Shown piece after piece: positions 51,965-64,000 of a DNA stretch of 64,000 bases (its first letter is position 1; each line of letters opens with the position of its first letter). Origin of the DNA: Hydrolagus colliei (taxonomy: Eukaryota); assembly GCA_035084275.1 (NCBI GenBank), contig CM068751.1:7564001-7628000 (forward strand), read 5' to 3'. A model generated the notes under the pieces. That model did not search any database, had not been told where the DNA came from, and saw only the letters and a list, made by a program, of their open reading frames with translations. A program made the translations under genes and the position numbers.

Positions 51965-52080
51965 TACTTCTTCCACAAAATATACAGTCAATTCTTTACC
52001 ATATATTCTTTGAAGCGTTTTTAAGACATCCCAAAGATGTGATAAGGGGCTGTATCAAAAGAAAGGATTACTGTGATTAT
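51965..52080 (+). mobile_element. SINE 3' fragment
   Basis: cacaaaatatacagtcaattctttaccatatattctttgaagcg...aaaggatta. Confidence 0.7.
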
Positions 52081-54334
52081 ATCGCTTAAAATCAAGGACT
52101 TGGCACCTCTGGAGTCAGGAGAAATTATATTATTTTCTCCTATTTGTGAATGTGACTTTTAACTCATTTGCAAATGCAGTGCTCACTCTGAAGTGCGTGA
52201 GGGACATTAAATATCTGAATTATCACACTCGTTGTGTGAATCATTTGTGTCAAAGTGTGTCTTATTGTTTTCTTGTTGTTGCCTGGTCACGATGACCCAG
52301 ATACCTAAATCAAAAACTTTTAAAAAAAATCTTCATCTATGGGCATAATTGGTGGCAAATGTATGAAACAATTTGAAGCAAATTGAGGATATTTCAGCTT
52401 TTTTTATCAGCTGAAAACATGAAAAGACATTAGGGGAAAAGAAACTTTTAAATACAGTCTGCAACAAACACCTGTTCACTAAACTAAACTGAACTTCTTA
52501 GTCTATAGTCAGTGCTATCATGTTTACTTGGCTGCAACTAGACATGCTTTAGTAACTCTGATATCCCATCACTCGATCAGACTTAATGACAAATGACACA
52601 TTCCCCTTTGTGGTTCTCAGGATTTTTGTTGACATATTTGGCTCCTTTTGTTGGGGCCTAAGAAGTGGCCTATGGCTGAAGTCTATTCTGCCAATTTCCA
52701 CGCTCCATCTGTGGTATACATCAGCAGGAACCTTCCTCACAGTCAGCATTCTGACACCTGCCTTGGCACAAAGAGACACTTAAGAGGAATGGAGTGGTGT
52801 AGTTGAGGTCTGGAGAAGGAAACTCGGCAGGGGTTAATCCAGCCCTCACTGCTTTAGCAGCCGGGAGCACCTGGAGGTACTCGTGTCATACAAAGTTTCT
52901 ATACATTACTTTTACTGCTGAGTAGAAAAAAAAAGTGGCCTTAATCGGCAGCAAATACTGACGTAGAATCTTACGTGATTCCAAATCGAGCATTTGCACA
53001 ACAAAAGCATTTGAGGATTTGTAATCAACTTAAACTGTGCTCGAGCAGAGTTTTGATTTTCTGTCACCCACAAACTGTTTTCTTTCTTCTCCAACATTGT
53101 TTCAAAATGCGGCTGAACTTTATTGATTTGAAGGGGGAATTCAACCGCTTGTTGGAAATCCAGATTTCAAGAATTTTAGCTAAGGGTTGTTTTTTTTGCA
53201 CGGAGTTACGTTTAATTCCTCCTTATTCCCCACCAACCCATCTACCCCTCCTCCATCTTCCCTGACTCTCAGTGCCACAGCAAGGGGTCATTAATAACAA
53301 AATAAGTCCCTGACAGCTCTGTATTAACCAAAATGGTGCAAATAAACTCTGACATGCAACAACTCCCACAGTGGTTTTGCTGTGGGTGGAGAATACAGAT
53401 TAAATATGAATATAGTAAACAGCAGGAGACAAGTTCAGAAGGTCTAAAGTCAGCCAGGAGCTACCCTCAAGCTTTTCGCATAGTTACTGCATACAGGTTG
53501 ATAGTTAACTCAGAACAAACACTGTTTAAATCAATTTCAATGATTAAATCCAAGTGCATGTTAGTAGACCTAAATTCATGAAAGACTTTTTTTTTGTGCG
53601 CTGTCTGTTTTAGTTTGACTGATACTTGGATTGTTCACGTGATTAAAAGCAACCGCAAGATTGTTTTCCCTTACAGGGGAGGATTTCATTTCAAACAAAC
53701 ACACACACACTTTAATATGTTACTTTATAGCCATTTACATTTTTGTTAAAACTCAAAAGTCTGTCTCCTGTAGCATTTTGCTTACATTTTACGCTACCGT
53801 GTATTTAGCTGATGTGTAGTTTGTTTTTTTGCTTCGGGAAAACGCTAACTGAAGTCATATTGTTGCATATGTATTTAATTCAAGGAATGTAACACAGATG
53901 TGAAATTCAATCGATTGCACAAATGTAAGAAGATAGCAGGGCAAACAAAAACATAGGCTTTTGCTATTCAGGACGCATCTGTCCTTATGAATTAAAGTGG
54001 CCGAAACATCTCTCGACGGGAAATTCAGAAGACAAAAGTCGCTATTTCAAGGTAGATAAACTGAAAAGGGTTTTGATCAGACCTTCATTTATCTGTGCGG
54101 GATTCATGACCGAGTGATCTTCTTAAATTGCTTCGTGAGCAAAACAAAATCACACCGCTCGCAAACTGAACTGCTTAAACAAGCATTTTTTCGGAATATA
54201 GCACTGTTCATAAGAGTACTTTTGTGAAGGAAAACCAATCCAATCAATGCGATTAGAAACAATCAATTGCATTGTGAAGACTAGTCTTGGCAAAAGAACA
54301 TTCAGAGATAAAGACAGCAGTCGTTTTCATTTAT

Positions 54335-54570
54335 AGCCGTCAAGAGGAGGGCCTTTACGGACCATATGTGCTCCAAGCAGAGTTCCTATCGGAGGCCGGC
54401 CACAGGGTCTTTTGGGAGCTGTTAATGAACTGGGTAATTGAGCTGTCGACATGTGTTACCAAAACAAAACAAAGGGGAGAAAAGACAAATGAACAATTTA
54501 TTTGCAGATCAGACCAGTTTAGCTTCTCAGCAAATGGGACAAAGTGATTGACTGAGTACATCTAACAGTA
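54335..54570. promoter_or_regulatory. Candidate Pax3 intron-4 conserved element (Sox, homeodomain and Pbx motifs)
   Basis: ACAAAG at 54469 and 54539, TAATTG at 54435, TGATTGAC at 54545; non-repetitive, with retained CpGs. Confidence 0.4.
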
Positions 54571-55419
54571 CATCGAAGTAAAGCAGATGTATTCAGAGTA
54601 AATGATGGGACGACAGCTTACGGCCCATCTGTGGCTATCGTTCTACTGCTGTGTCTATGTGATCTACTAAAGAGATTAATTTTACACCTGCCTAAATGAT
54701 CTTTAAACTAGATCAATTATTAGCAAAACGACTTTATACAGATGCTAGAAAAATAGTAAATATTGGCTCGAGACATTTTGTCTCTCGCAAGCTAAAATTC
54801 AAATCATTATTAATATAGTGCCTGATGAGCCATTGTGTTCAGCATCTTGCACCCGAATAATATGTTTGATTTAGAATCCAGCTCATTAAAAACAAGCTGC
54901 AACCAATTACCCGTACATAGTCTCGGAAAAAGCTTCAGCACTCCCAACTCCCGCTACTGAAAAATAACTACCAACTTAAGAGTATTCAAAACTGTTCTGA
55001 GAATACATTGAATACACACAATAGAAAAAGGACAAACTACAATGTTCAAATGTTAAATTACTTTTCAACACATCTCATCTCACTTCTGTTCAGGCTCATA
55101 TATAAACACACTCTTTGTATTGAGTTAAAAATAATTCTTGCCATGATTCAAAGTTACCAAGACTTTGAAAACGTAATGTACTATAAGTTAATAGCCAAGT
55201 GCACATAAAGGAACTGGTTACTAGTTTTTTTTAACCGTACCAGATTATTCCTCTTCATTAAGAACAGATTGTTTTTGAAGCCATTCAGATGCTTTGGCAA
55301 AATGTTAAAAGCATCAATGTTTCAAATTAAAGTGGTATAATAAAGTTTGTTCAATTGCCTCTAATGATAACCTTCCAGCATCACTGTTTATTTTTAAAAT
55401 CTAGCTATTAGTAAGAACA

Positions 55420-55640
55420 ATCTCTATTAGTTGCAGTCACGCTCACATTTGCATGCGGAGCCACGACAGGTTTCACTGGTGTGAAACTAGAAACAAATTT
55501 CCAATTGGTACCACCCCAGGAAAGTTTGTTTTTGTCCCTGCCAGAAGCAGCATAATTAAAATAGCCACATTGAAAGGCATAAAATGGGCATTTTTATGGC
55601 CAATAAGCTCATTCTGAAAGTGGAATTTTCAACACTTAAA
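55420..55640. promoter_or_regulatory. Candidate Pax3 intron-4 enhancer (paired, POU and Hox/Cdx motifs)
   Basis: GTCACGC at 55436-55442, ATTTGCAT at 55447-55454, CATAAAA at 55578-55584, TTTTATGG at 55592-55599. Confidence 0.45.
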
Positions 55641-58504
55641 TCATGCAAAACGGATTCCCCTCTAACGAGAGCTTAGAATTCTGTTATTATAACACTGACC
55701 CAACTATTTCTCCTTCGATTTTGTTTTCCCGTTGGGAATTATTAATGAACCGTGAAAAACATTCACTTTTATATGACGGAAACACTGAATATTTCTCTTA
55801 TTGTCATAATGGCAAATCTACAAAGAAAGCTCTGTATGCTGGTCTGTGGCGCTAAGATAAATGGGCTGCCCACACTTTTTGAAGATGCAACTATGAACGT
55901 AATTATACCGCATTGTTATCAACACAGATGTCACGCACATGCATCCATTTCAGGAATAATAAATTCTAGTTGGGAAAAAATCTGTTTAAAAAAATGTCAG
56001 GTGTGAGATTTGGACCAACCTCACTTTTACTGCTAGTTAAAAGTGAACTCTTGAGCGAATTAACACTCAAACAGGGAAACACTGATAGACTTTGACCTTA
56101 TGATAAACTTTGACCTAGCAGTATGTTACAAACATGCCTTCAGAAGCCGCCCTGACAGGTTTCATGCCTTCTGTTTTGAACAAGTAACCTGTTTTCTACT
56201 TGACCCTTGCAGCTACAAGCAAAGAACATTTGACTTGCATTTCAAAATTTCAATACTATTTTACTTCTCTTATAGAAATTGAAGTAGCCAGCTGGAGGTG
56301 GAAGCATTTACAAGTTACAAGCCTCTTAAAACGAATGGCATTTGGATTAACATATGGGACGGTTATGCTATGAATTTAACAGTTCCACAAACCGAGATGC
56401 TTTGCAAACATATCTCTAAAATAAAGATTTTTATGTAACTGAGACACCTGTGTTGTTCACTTGACATTTCTCTTTGACTTCCCCCACTTTCTATTCTTTC
56501 TTTTAGCTTTTGTTTTCTTTCCTTGAAAGGGAAAAAAATAAACATCTTACTTTGGAATAAGCAAGGGAAGCGGTTGACCCTATAACCTGATTTCTGACCT
56601 TTGACTCTGGATTGACAAGGCATTTTAAGATTCCAAATCGCATTCTCTCTGGAGCTTTTGGATTCGCAAAAAATCACTGGTCAAAACGAGAATAAAAATC
56701 AACTTCAATTTCTTTCCGCAAATGGATACATGCAAAGTAGGTGATTTACGGACCCTTATTCAGAGATCCTCAAAGGTGAATAGCCCGAGGTAATCAGTTC
56801 ACATGACCACGGGGGGGCAATGGTCAAGAGCCACTTTTCTTTGACTGAATCAGTGGTTCTATTCTTGAACGGGTCAACGTTAGCTGACTATAAACAGAGC
56901 CCTCATTCAGTCATTTAAATTCACAGTTTATATTGAAGCACTCCCAACAACCTTAGACAGTTCATTTAATATCCATATCTCAGTGGCACATCAGTAATGG
57001 AAAGAAAAGACTGGTTACATCTGTTGGGACCCAACAAAACATTTATTTACATACTGGAAAATGTACCAGTGGAAACACATTTGACAAACGCTGTGTAAAT
57101 TCAAGTAGTTTATTCCCCTCACTGATTGTTCCAGTATTCTATACATGAAGATTGTACAATTGCAGAAAAGCTGATTTTTAAAAAATTTGCTCAATTGAAA
57201 ATTACATAATGCGCTTGTGTAGATTTCCTTGTAAATGAAGCCGGTTGAAGATGTGTTTTGTCAAGACAAGCTTGCTTTAATACTGTCAAATATTAGAACT
57301 GTGAGAGAAAATCAATGCAGTCCTCGTTCAACTACAGATAGCCTCAAAGTGCTAACTCTTGAGTATCTCACGGAAGTATCAATGCTGTGTTTATACGGCA
57401 CTTTTTGCAACGGTTCAGCACAAAATGTGCATTGTGAATCAGTGCAAAACAGGAGCTTTCAACTGGCTCTTTTTAATGTTATTAAAGAGCTGGTTATGTA
57501 GCTGGATCTTTAACAACATTAAAGAACTAAAACATGGATGTCAATGTACCGAGCGTATCTAACTGCATGTACAAAACTCCCACATCAGATGCAGTAACAG
57601 TTTTGATCAATGTAATGCAATGAGAATGGAAAAGTGGAATGGTGTTACCATTTGTGCATCAATTTATCATGCTGAGTGAAGCCTAAACGTAAGTTTAATC
57701 ACACCACTATTTAATCACCCTCCTGTGACTGTGGTTTCACGAGCGGTTTTGCTTCTCACTACAGCCTCAGCTCCTGAAATGATAGTGGCTCCACTCTAAT
57801 TGTCCCTGAAAAGTTCGTGAGCAGCCTACGATATTTTGCTCCACCACGCTTTCATGTTAGTAAAGACCTGTTTGTACCACTAACACTTTAATAATACTGT
57901 ATTTAAAACATTAACCCCCGATTTGGAGTTCAGCGCATGCAAATTGGGTTCTGAAAGTGGGTTCTTTTTTCTTAATAGACCCAGTGAATGCAGTGAGGAG
58001 TGGGAACGTCTGCATAATTTCCCAGGCGGAAAACAAAGTCACTTAATTTCTGGCTGTGCATTGTGAACATAAGAACATAAGAGATGCACTAATTTGGACT
58101 CAAAATCCAATCAACACATTGCTTACCATAACATCAAGTGCTGGATTAATAAAATCGGAGATCTGTTGCACAATATTATACATATAATAGGACAATTGTT
58201 AACTACAGTACTAAACTCCAGAATGATAATGTTTACATTAGAATGCACATCATTGGTTGGCTATATATTTGTACACTCATCAAAAAATTTGTTCAAGGCG
58301 AGTGAACAGGATGTTTCTAATTCTGAAACAATTTGACTTAAGCCAGATCTGCTTTGTTCCAATAGTTGTCCTGTTCAGAAGTGTTCAATCTAAGTATCCC
58401 TAAGAGTCATTTAAGATAAATACAGATAATTACAGCCAAAACTAGCTAAACATCTCTGTGAAAGCTACTGTTTACACCATAATTCCACTTTACAATTGCA
58501 AAAC

Positions 58505-58675
58505 AAAATTTGGTCACTCGATCCACAACTGTTTGTGGGACATTGATGAGCGCAATGGGCTGCTGCGATTTGCCCACAAAGTAGAGTCAATTCACTTCAA
58601 AGTATATTCTGTGAAGTGCATTGAGACGTCTCGAGGACGTGATATGGCGCTATTTCAAATGCAAAGATTATTATC
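58505..58675 (+). mobile_element. SINE 3' half
   Basis: actgtttgtgggacattg...gtatattctgtgaagtgcattgagacgtc...tttcaaatgcaaagattatt. Confidence 0.82.
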
Positions 58676-59689
58676 GTTAAAAAATCTGAGAAACTAAGCA
58701 CTGGTTTATTGCACCACATTGAACTTCTTTTTCTGGTTTAACCATAAAGGTCCTAGTTAGCATTTGTGACATGTTCAAACAGGTCAGACATTTCAGAATA
58801 CAAATTCACAAACATACACGATTCAGTAGGTATTTAACTTTGTAAATTATCTTTGGGATTATAATGTCACTTTCATTTCACTTCAAATCAAGTGAATGCA
58901 ATAATATCTTTCTGTGTAGGCTGCGAGTACATCAACAGCGTACGGCATATTCTTATTGTAATTAATTAACAAACACAGCAATCTGGAATGAGGGCACTGT
59001 CATCACAGATGCTAAGTTTACCAAGCTAATTGGATAAAACAGTGGGCTACCGTCTCTTGTTTTTTCCAAGATTAGTGATTGACATGCCTCTGTCTGGCTT
59101 GTCTATTAACTGTGGTCATATTGTTGCTATTTGGAGTTTTGCTTGGCTAATACTTCTAACAAATAGAGTGTTCCTTTACCCCTTTCTCCTTGACCTTCTC
59201 TTGTCCATTTTCCTTTAGTCAATTCAAACTGCCTTATGAAGAATTTGGTCACAGTAGAGCGAATCCCAATTCTGCGCATATAGTTAACTGAGTGCAGCCA
59301 AATTAGCGCTTAGTCAGCCTGGTGCAAGACCAATCCAACGCCTCTCAGCGCTAATGCAATTGAGCACAATCAATTCAGCACAAGAAGTTACAAAATATAA
59401 ATATAAAGAACCTCACACAATCCAAACGTAACCCTAGCCTCACAAAAGCAAAGTTATTGGAACTCTTCGCACAACTTGGCTGCCCTAGATTGCTGCAAAC
59501 ATCACTATCCTCGCTCAATTCCAATATAACGCAATTAACAAACGTAGAATCAGCTGCGCTACATTAACTACAAGCTGAAACAAAACCCCCTGAACTGGAT
59601 GTACCCCTTCTGAAGGGCTACTGAATGAATATAGTCCATTGCAGCCCCAGGTTCATCCTATTCCCTGCCCTGAATACCTCACTTCAAAG

Positions 59690-59900
59690 ACAGGCCGCAT
59701 TCATTAATTGCCCTTTGAATTAATATCAAAGGGTCACAATGCGAGTGCCAAAAGAGAAAGAAGCTTTAATGAAGCATAGAGCTGCCATTCATTTGCAGAT
59801 AAGCATGTTTTTATGCTTGGATGGTCACCACGCTGAAGGCCTCATGAAGGGGGAGGTAGAAAGAGTTGAGAAGCTTTGCTCTAATGGTAATTTGTACTGT
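59690..59900. promoter_or_regulatory. Candidate Wnt-responsive Pax3 intron-4 enhancer
   Basis: Inverted TCF/LEF pair CCCTTTGA-ATTAATA-TCAAAGGG (59711-59733) with flanking homeodomain cores; no recognisable repeat. Confidence 0.5.
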
Positions 59901-62129
59901 AAACAAACAAGAGAAAACCAACACAAATATACCTTGATGAAGTAGTGCTAGAAGTACTTCAAGACTCAACAGTTTGATGACTTTTTAAACACACAGGAAT
60001 TTAAGCTTTGTGCATTTTAGTGTTTATCTTATTTCTTTAATTTGTCATTTTACCAAATGTTCCACCGCTATTTTTATTGCGTCAGTGTTTAAATATGATG
60101 TAGAAGGATAATTGCAAACTATTATAAGAAAGCACTAATAGTAATTAAACTAATGCACCTTCAAGGATTTGTTCACTCTTAGAACTTTACATGGATTTTA
60201 AAATTTATTTTCCTGTTACTATCTGCTGTTTTCGTTCATTTCTAATAACCCTTTATTCTCGTTTTTGACTTTTGTCATTTTTTCTCCAGCAGTATTGCGT
60301 TTGTCTCTGTCGTGAATTGATTCCTCAACACTTCACAATGGAATTTCTTATGCTCTAAATTTAACTTCCAAGCTACATTTCCTTTAGAAAATTACCGGCT
60401 GGTCAATTTACAATCAGCAACTTCAATGAAGCGACTGTAAATGCATTGCAGTCAATTTTATAGCTCCTTAAAAATGCTCCCAGATATATTGTGACTCTTT
60501 CTCGCATTGCTTCCTGTGACCTGAGAAGTTAAAGTTGTAAACTCGCAGCTTTGTTTGTATTTATCTACTTCTTGGGCTCATACAAAAAACGCCACACTTG
60601 GTGTACTCTACGACACAAAGATATCAAAGTGTCATTTTTCTAATGTGTCGACAGTATTGAAATCAGCATTTGCTTAAATATTGATGGCCAGTTATTCACT
60701 TTATTTACACAAACAAAGTCCCTCTCAGTTTCTTTGATAAAAGCAGTTAAATCTTTTTACTCTTTCATGTTTTGTCAGAACTTGATTCCTTTTGTCCCCT
60801 GGCTATTTGCCTAGCTGTGGACAATGAAGCAGGAAGAATAGAAGCAGATTGTTGGAATGGTCTTCAGTGAAACTAATTATGACATGTTGACTGCACTCAC
60901 CATGACATATTTCAGAGATCCAAGCTTATTCAATTACCCTTTCCAGATTTCCCTTTGAGAAATATTTTATCCTTTGAATGTTTGTATTTCTGAAGTGTAT
61001 TTATGTTCAATCTGCAAGTGCAATCCCCTGATCTGTGAGGGATTGTATTGTTACTGTTATTATACCCATTTCCAAATTAGGTAAACACCAATGGGATATT
61101 GAAGACATAATTTTGTTTGAAAGGCTTAGTGGTGAAGAAAAAGAGACTTTTTCTCTCTTCCCCCGGTACCTTTTAGCTTTTAGCCGCTGCGATATTTTGT
61201 CGTTCCCTCTTTATGATGGGATGCAAATTGAGGACCATGACATTATGAGTGGGGTTTGGAGGGGTTGCTTCTTTTTAAGTGTTGAGATAAAACACATTAA
61301 ATTTCACATTGCTAATCACAACAGGCGTTGACAGTTTGGTGAACACTAGACTTGTAAAGCCTGACGATCATAGTGTGGGTTTTGCAGATGCCAACTGACA
61401 GCAGCTGCTCAGCGAGAGTACATTAGAATAGGGGATGTGAAAGAAAACAAAAAAAACTCAAACAGCTATATATCTTAGCCCTTAAGAACTTGGGGGAACA
61501 GATTCACACCACATTTTTTAAGCAAGTTTTAGATTCTTCGGGCCAACAGTTGCTCATGGTTTGACAATTTGTATGTCGGGAGCGATGATTAAAATTAGAG
61601 GTTACAAATGAAACAATTCCTCGGAAACTCAAAACCAATGTGTTTGTTTGTTGTATGATAGTTCCTTTGTTATTCAGTTTTGCCCCTCTTAAGACCCCCA
61701 TACACCACCAGGCCTAAAGAATGGACAGCTGACTGGGTTCCAAGGCTGCTAGGAAGGGTGTATAAGGGACCCAGGTTTACTCTCCTCCTGATTTTCTCTA
61801 CTTCACTGTGAAGAAGCATTTCACACCCAATAACCACGCTACTCTGAAGGCCCACAAGCTCTTCTAACAGAGAAGGTCTGAAGAATGATCACTCTGGCAA
61901 GTACCCTCCCACTGTGGTGCATCTACACATCGCAGGGCCTATCTATGTAGGGTATTTCTTAACGGGTAATTCCTGAATAAGAAATCGGTCACGCAAGTAG
62001 AGATTCCTTGCAGTAACCAAAAGAACATCAGGCCAATCAGCTGTATCTCCACTCTGCTGCTATGTACCTCCACAGTAGAGTTTCCACAAATCACAAGTGA
62101 GTCCTAATTAAGGAATCCCGCAAAGAAGT

Positions 62130-62430
62130 AAGACAAATTGATATTTCTAACTTTGACGAAGCGTTTGGTGCTACTGCACCACAACGAGACCAATTTGCAT
62201 TTAGGTAGTGCCCTTCACTCTACAGAGATGATGGCAGACACCAGGTTGGAGGGTGTGGGCTGGGGGTGGTGGGGAGGAGGGGCGGGCGGAGGACAGACTT
62301 TAATGGAGATGATCAAAGACCCAGTCGAAGGGTGGGTTTTGAAGACAGATATAGAGAGTGGGTATGATACAGGGGTAAAGGGAGAGAGTCCAGAAGTTAG
62401 GGCAATTATTCTGGCTGAAGACACAGCCAC
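62130..62430 (-). mobile_element. Degenerate L2-like 3' end
   Basis: Minus strand GTCTTCAGCC...GCCCTAACTTCTGGACTCTCCC...TCAAAACCCACCCTTCGAC...TTTGATCA resembles the L2 ORF2 end and 3' UTR. Confidence 0.45.
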
Positions 62431-64000
62431 AGAACTGTAATTCCTATTTGTTGAACAATGTCACAGGTGCACATTAAGGCTTAAGTAGACTAAATAAGCA
62501 ACACAAAATACTGTGCACAAAAAATCCGCCATTCCAAATTCCTCCAGGACTTTTCCAGGTTATTTAAGGGGCAAGACGGATTTTAATGCTTCCCTATACA
62601 TTAAAATGGTACTGATATGATTCAAATAATTTTTTCTGTATTACAACTCTCAAGTTCTTTATTGTCCAAAGGGCAACTTCTTTAAAACCTAACATTTTCC
62701 AAACTTTTCATCAGGAACATGATACTCTGTAAGTATTCCCTGGCAACGTCAAATACAAATTGTGGTTGAGTTCTCCAAGTAGTGTACATTGGTACTGTAT
62801 AATGATGTAACATTTGACTCTGTCGCTGACCCTACCCTGTGAGTTCCTAACGGCACAATCCACTGGGCAAACAGGGAAATAGAGTCAATGTGGAATCTCT
62901 CCCTTTCAGTTCTTTGTGACTGATAAGACAGTGGCAAGGATAAAGGCTTGTGAGAAAGTTGGTTGCAGTGTGTCAGTGGTGGGTACACAAAACTAAAGGG
63001 TAGACGAGAATCATTAAACATGAACGTGTAAAATGCAATAAGATTCATATGTTTAAGCTTCATATTTCCAAATGGACCCGATCATACTTCAATGTTTTCT
63101 TCAATGGATCTTTGAAACAAGCCGCGCGATTCATTTTTCAACGTAAGTGACAAATAATTGATAATTTCTTTTGAGTTTCACATGGTTTCTTCACTCTCGT
63201 GGCAATTATTAACTATCTTCACTCCTCACAATTGCCACTGCTTTCACTGGGGGGTGAACAGATGTGTTTGTGACTGAGGAGTTCACCAAACACTGATTAC
63301 ATTAACCAGAAGCACCATGCCCACTCATGTAAAGCACTCATTCCCACAAAAGTAATTTGGCTCATCCTGCATGACACATGGTACAGAAGTGATACTGCTC
63401 TAGATTTCCTGTGTCCTCAACAGACATTCAGTCAGGATTAGTGGACTGTGCTTTGCTACGTTCAAGTAGGCAATTACTACTCCAACTACAAACACTTGGG
63501 ATTTATACAGCACCCTTCATGAAGGAAAATGATTTGGAGTGCTTCACAGGGACGATGTTACACGCCTTACAAAGGAGGAAGGGAAGTAGGAGGGGTGTTT
63601 GGAGAAGTAGAATATTAGACTTAGGTAGATATTATTATTAGGTAGATAATACTGTATTAAGCAACTTGCACATGTTTTCAGATGCACTCTACAAAAAACT
63701 TGTATTTCCAAAGATAAAGTTTCCAAATATAATCAAAATAGTGCATAACGGTACAGGATTTCTCAATCATATTTTGTAAATGGTAATTATTACAGTTACT
63801 GCATCTATTTTCTGCCATAAATGTCATGCAATGGACCACAGCAAATAATTATAAGCTAGTGGCAACTCTACTCCAGTCACTGATTAATATTGTTCAGTAT
63901 AATTTATCTTCGATGGCAAATTAATCTCCTACAAGATTATCCTTTTCCTAATAACTTAGCTGCCATTTAGACATACAGTATTTAAAACACTTATTTAGCC

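Noticed and set aside
62138-62440. Gly/Pro-rich ORFs on both strands
   Set aside because: Explained by a degenerate L2-like 3' end and a G-rich low-complexity patch.

Overview
AT-rich vertebrate genomic DNA. The SINE/LINE2 landscape suggests a cartilaginous fish, possibly a holocephalan such as the elephant shark; this is inference only. The minus strand carries the 3' half of Pax3: coding exons 5-9 with canonical GT-AG boundaries and consistent phases, encoding the full paired-type homeodomain and the C-terminus ...YGQ-SAFHYLKPDIA*. Intron 4 runs off the right end of the window. About 14 kb downstream of the Pax3 stop, on the same strand, is an intact single-exon KCNE-family potassium-channel beta-subunit gene (109 aa from the likely start). 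It does not resemble KCNE4 and is a candidate for the recently recognised KCNE6 lineage. The rest is intronic or intergenic: many copies of a tRNA-headed SINE with a LINE2-like tail, ancient LF-SINE-like and Deu-SINE-like copies, L2 and CR1 fragments, and several motif-dense candidate enhancers. Highlights: the KCNE gene; a possible frameshifted vestige of the Pax7-type PHT/OAR tail just past the Pax3 stop; a miR-1/206 8mer lying in the cleavage zone of a tandem poly(A) signal; a perfect 24-bp hairpin made of two CTCF-like motifs; an inverted TCF/LEF site pair; and a dense nuclear-receptor half-site cluster in intron 4. Repeat boundaries are approximate, and comparisons to reference proteins and repeat consensuses are from memory.
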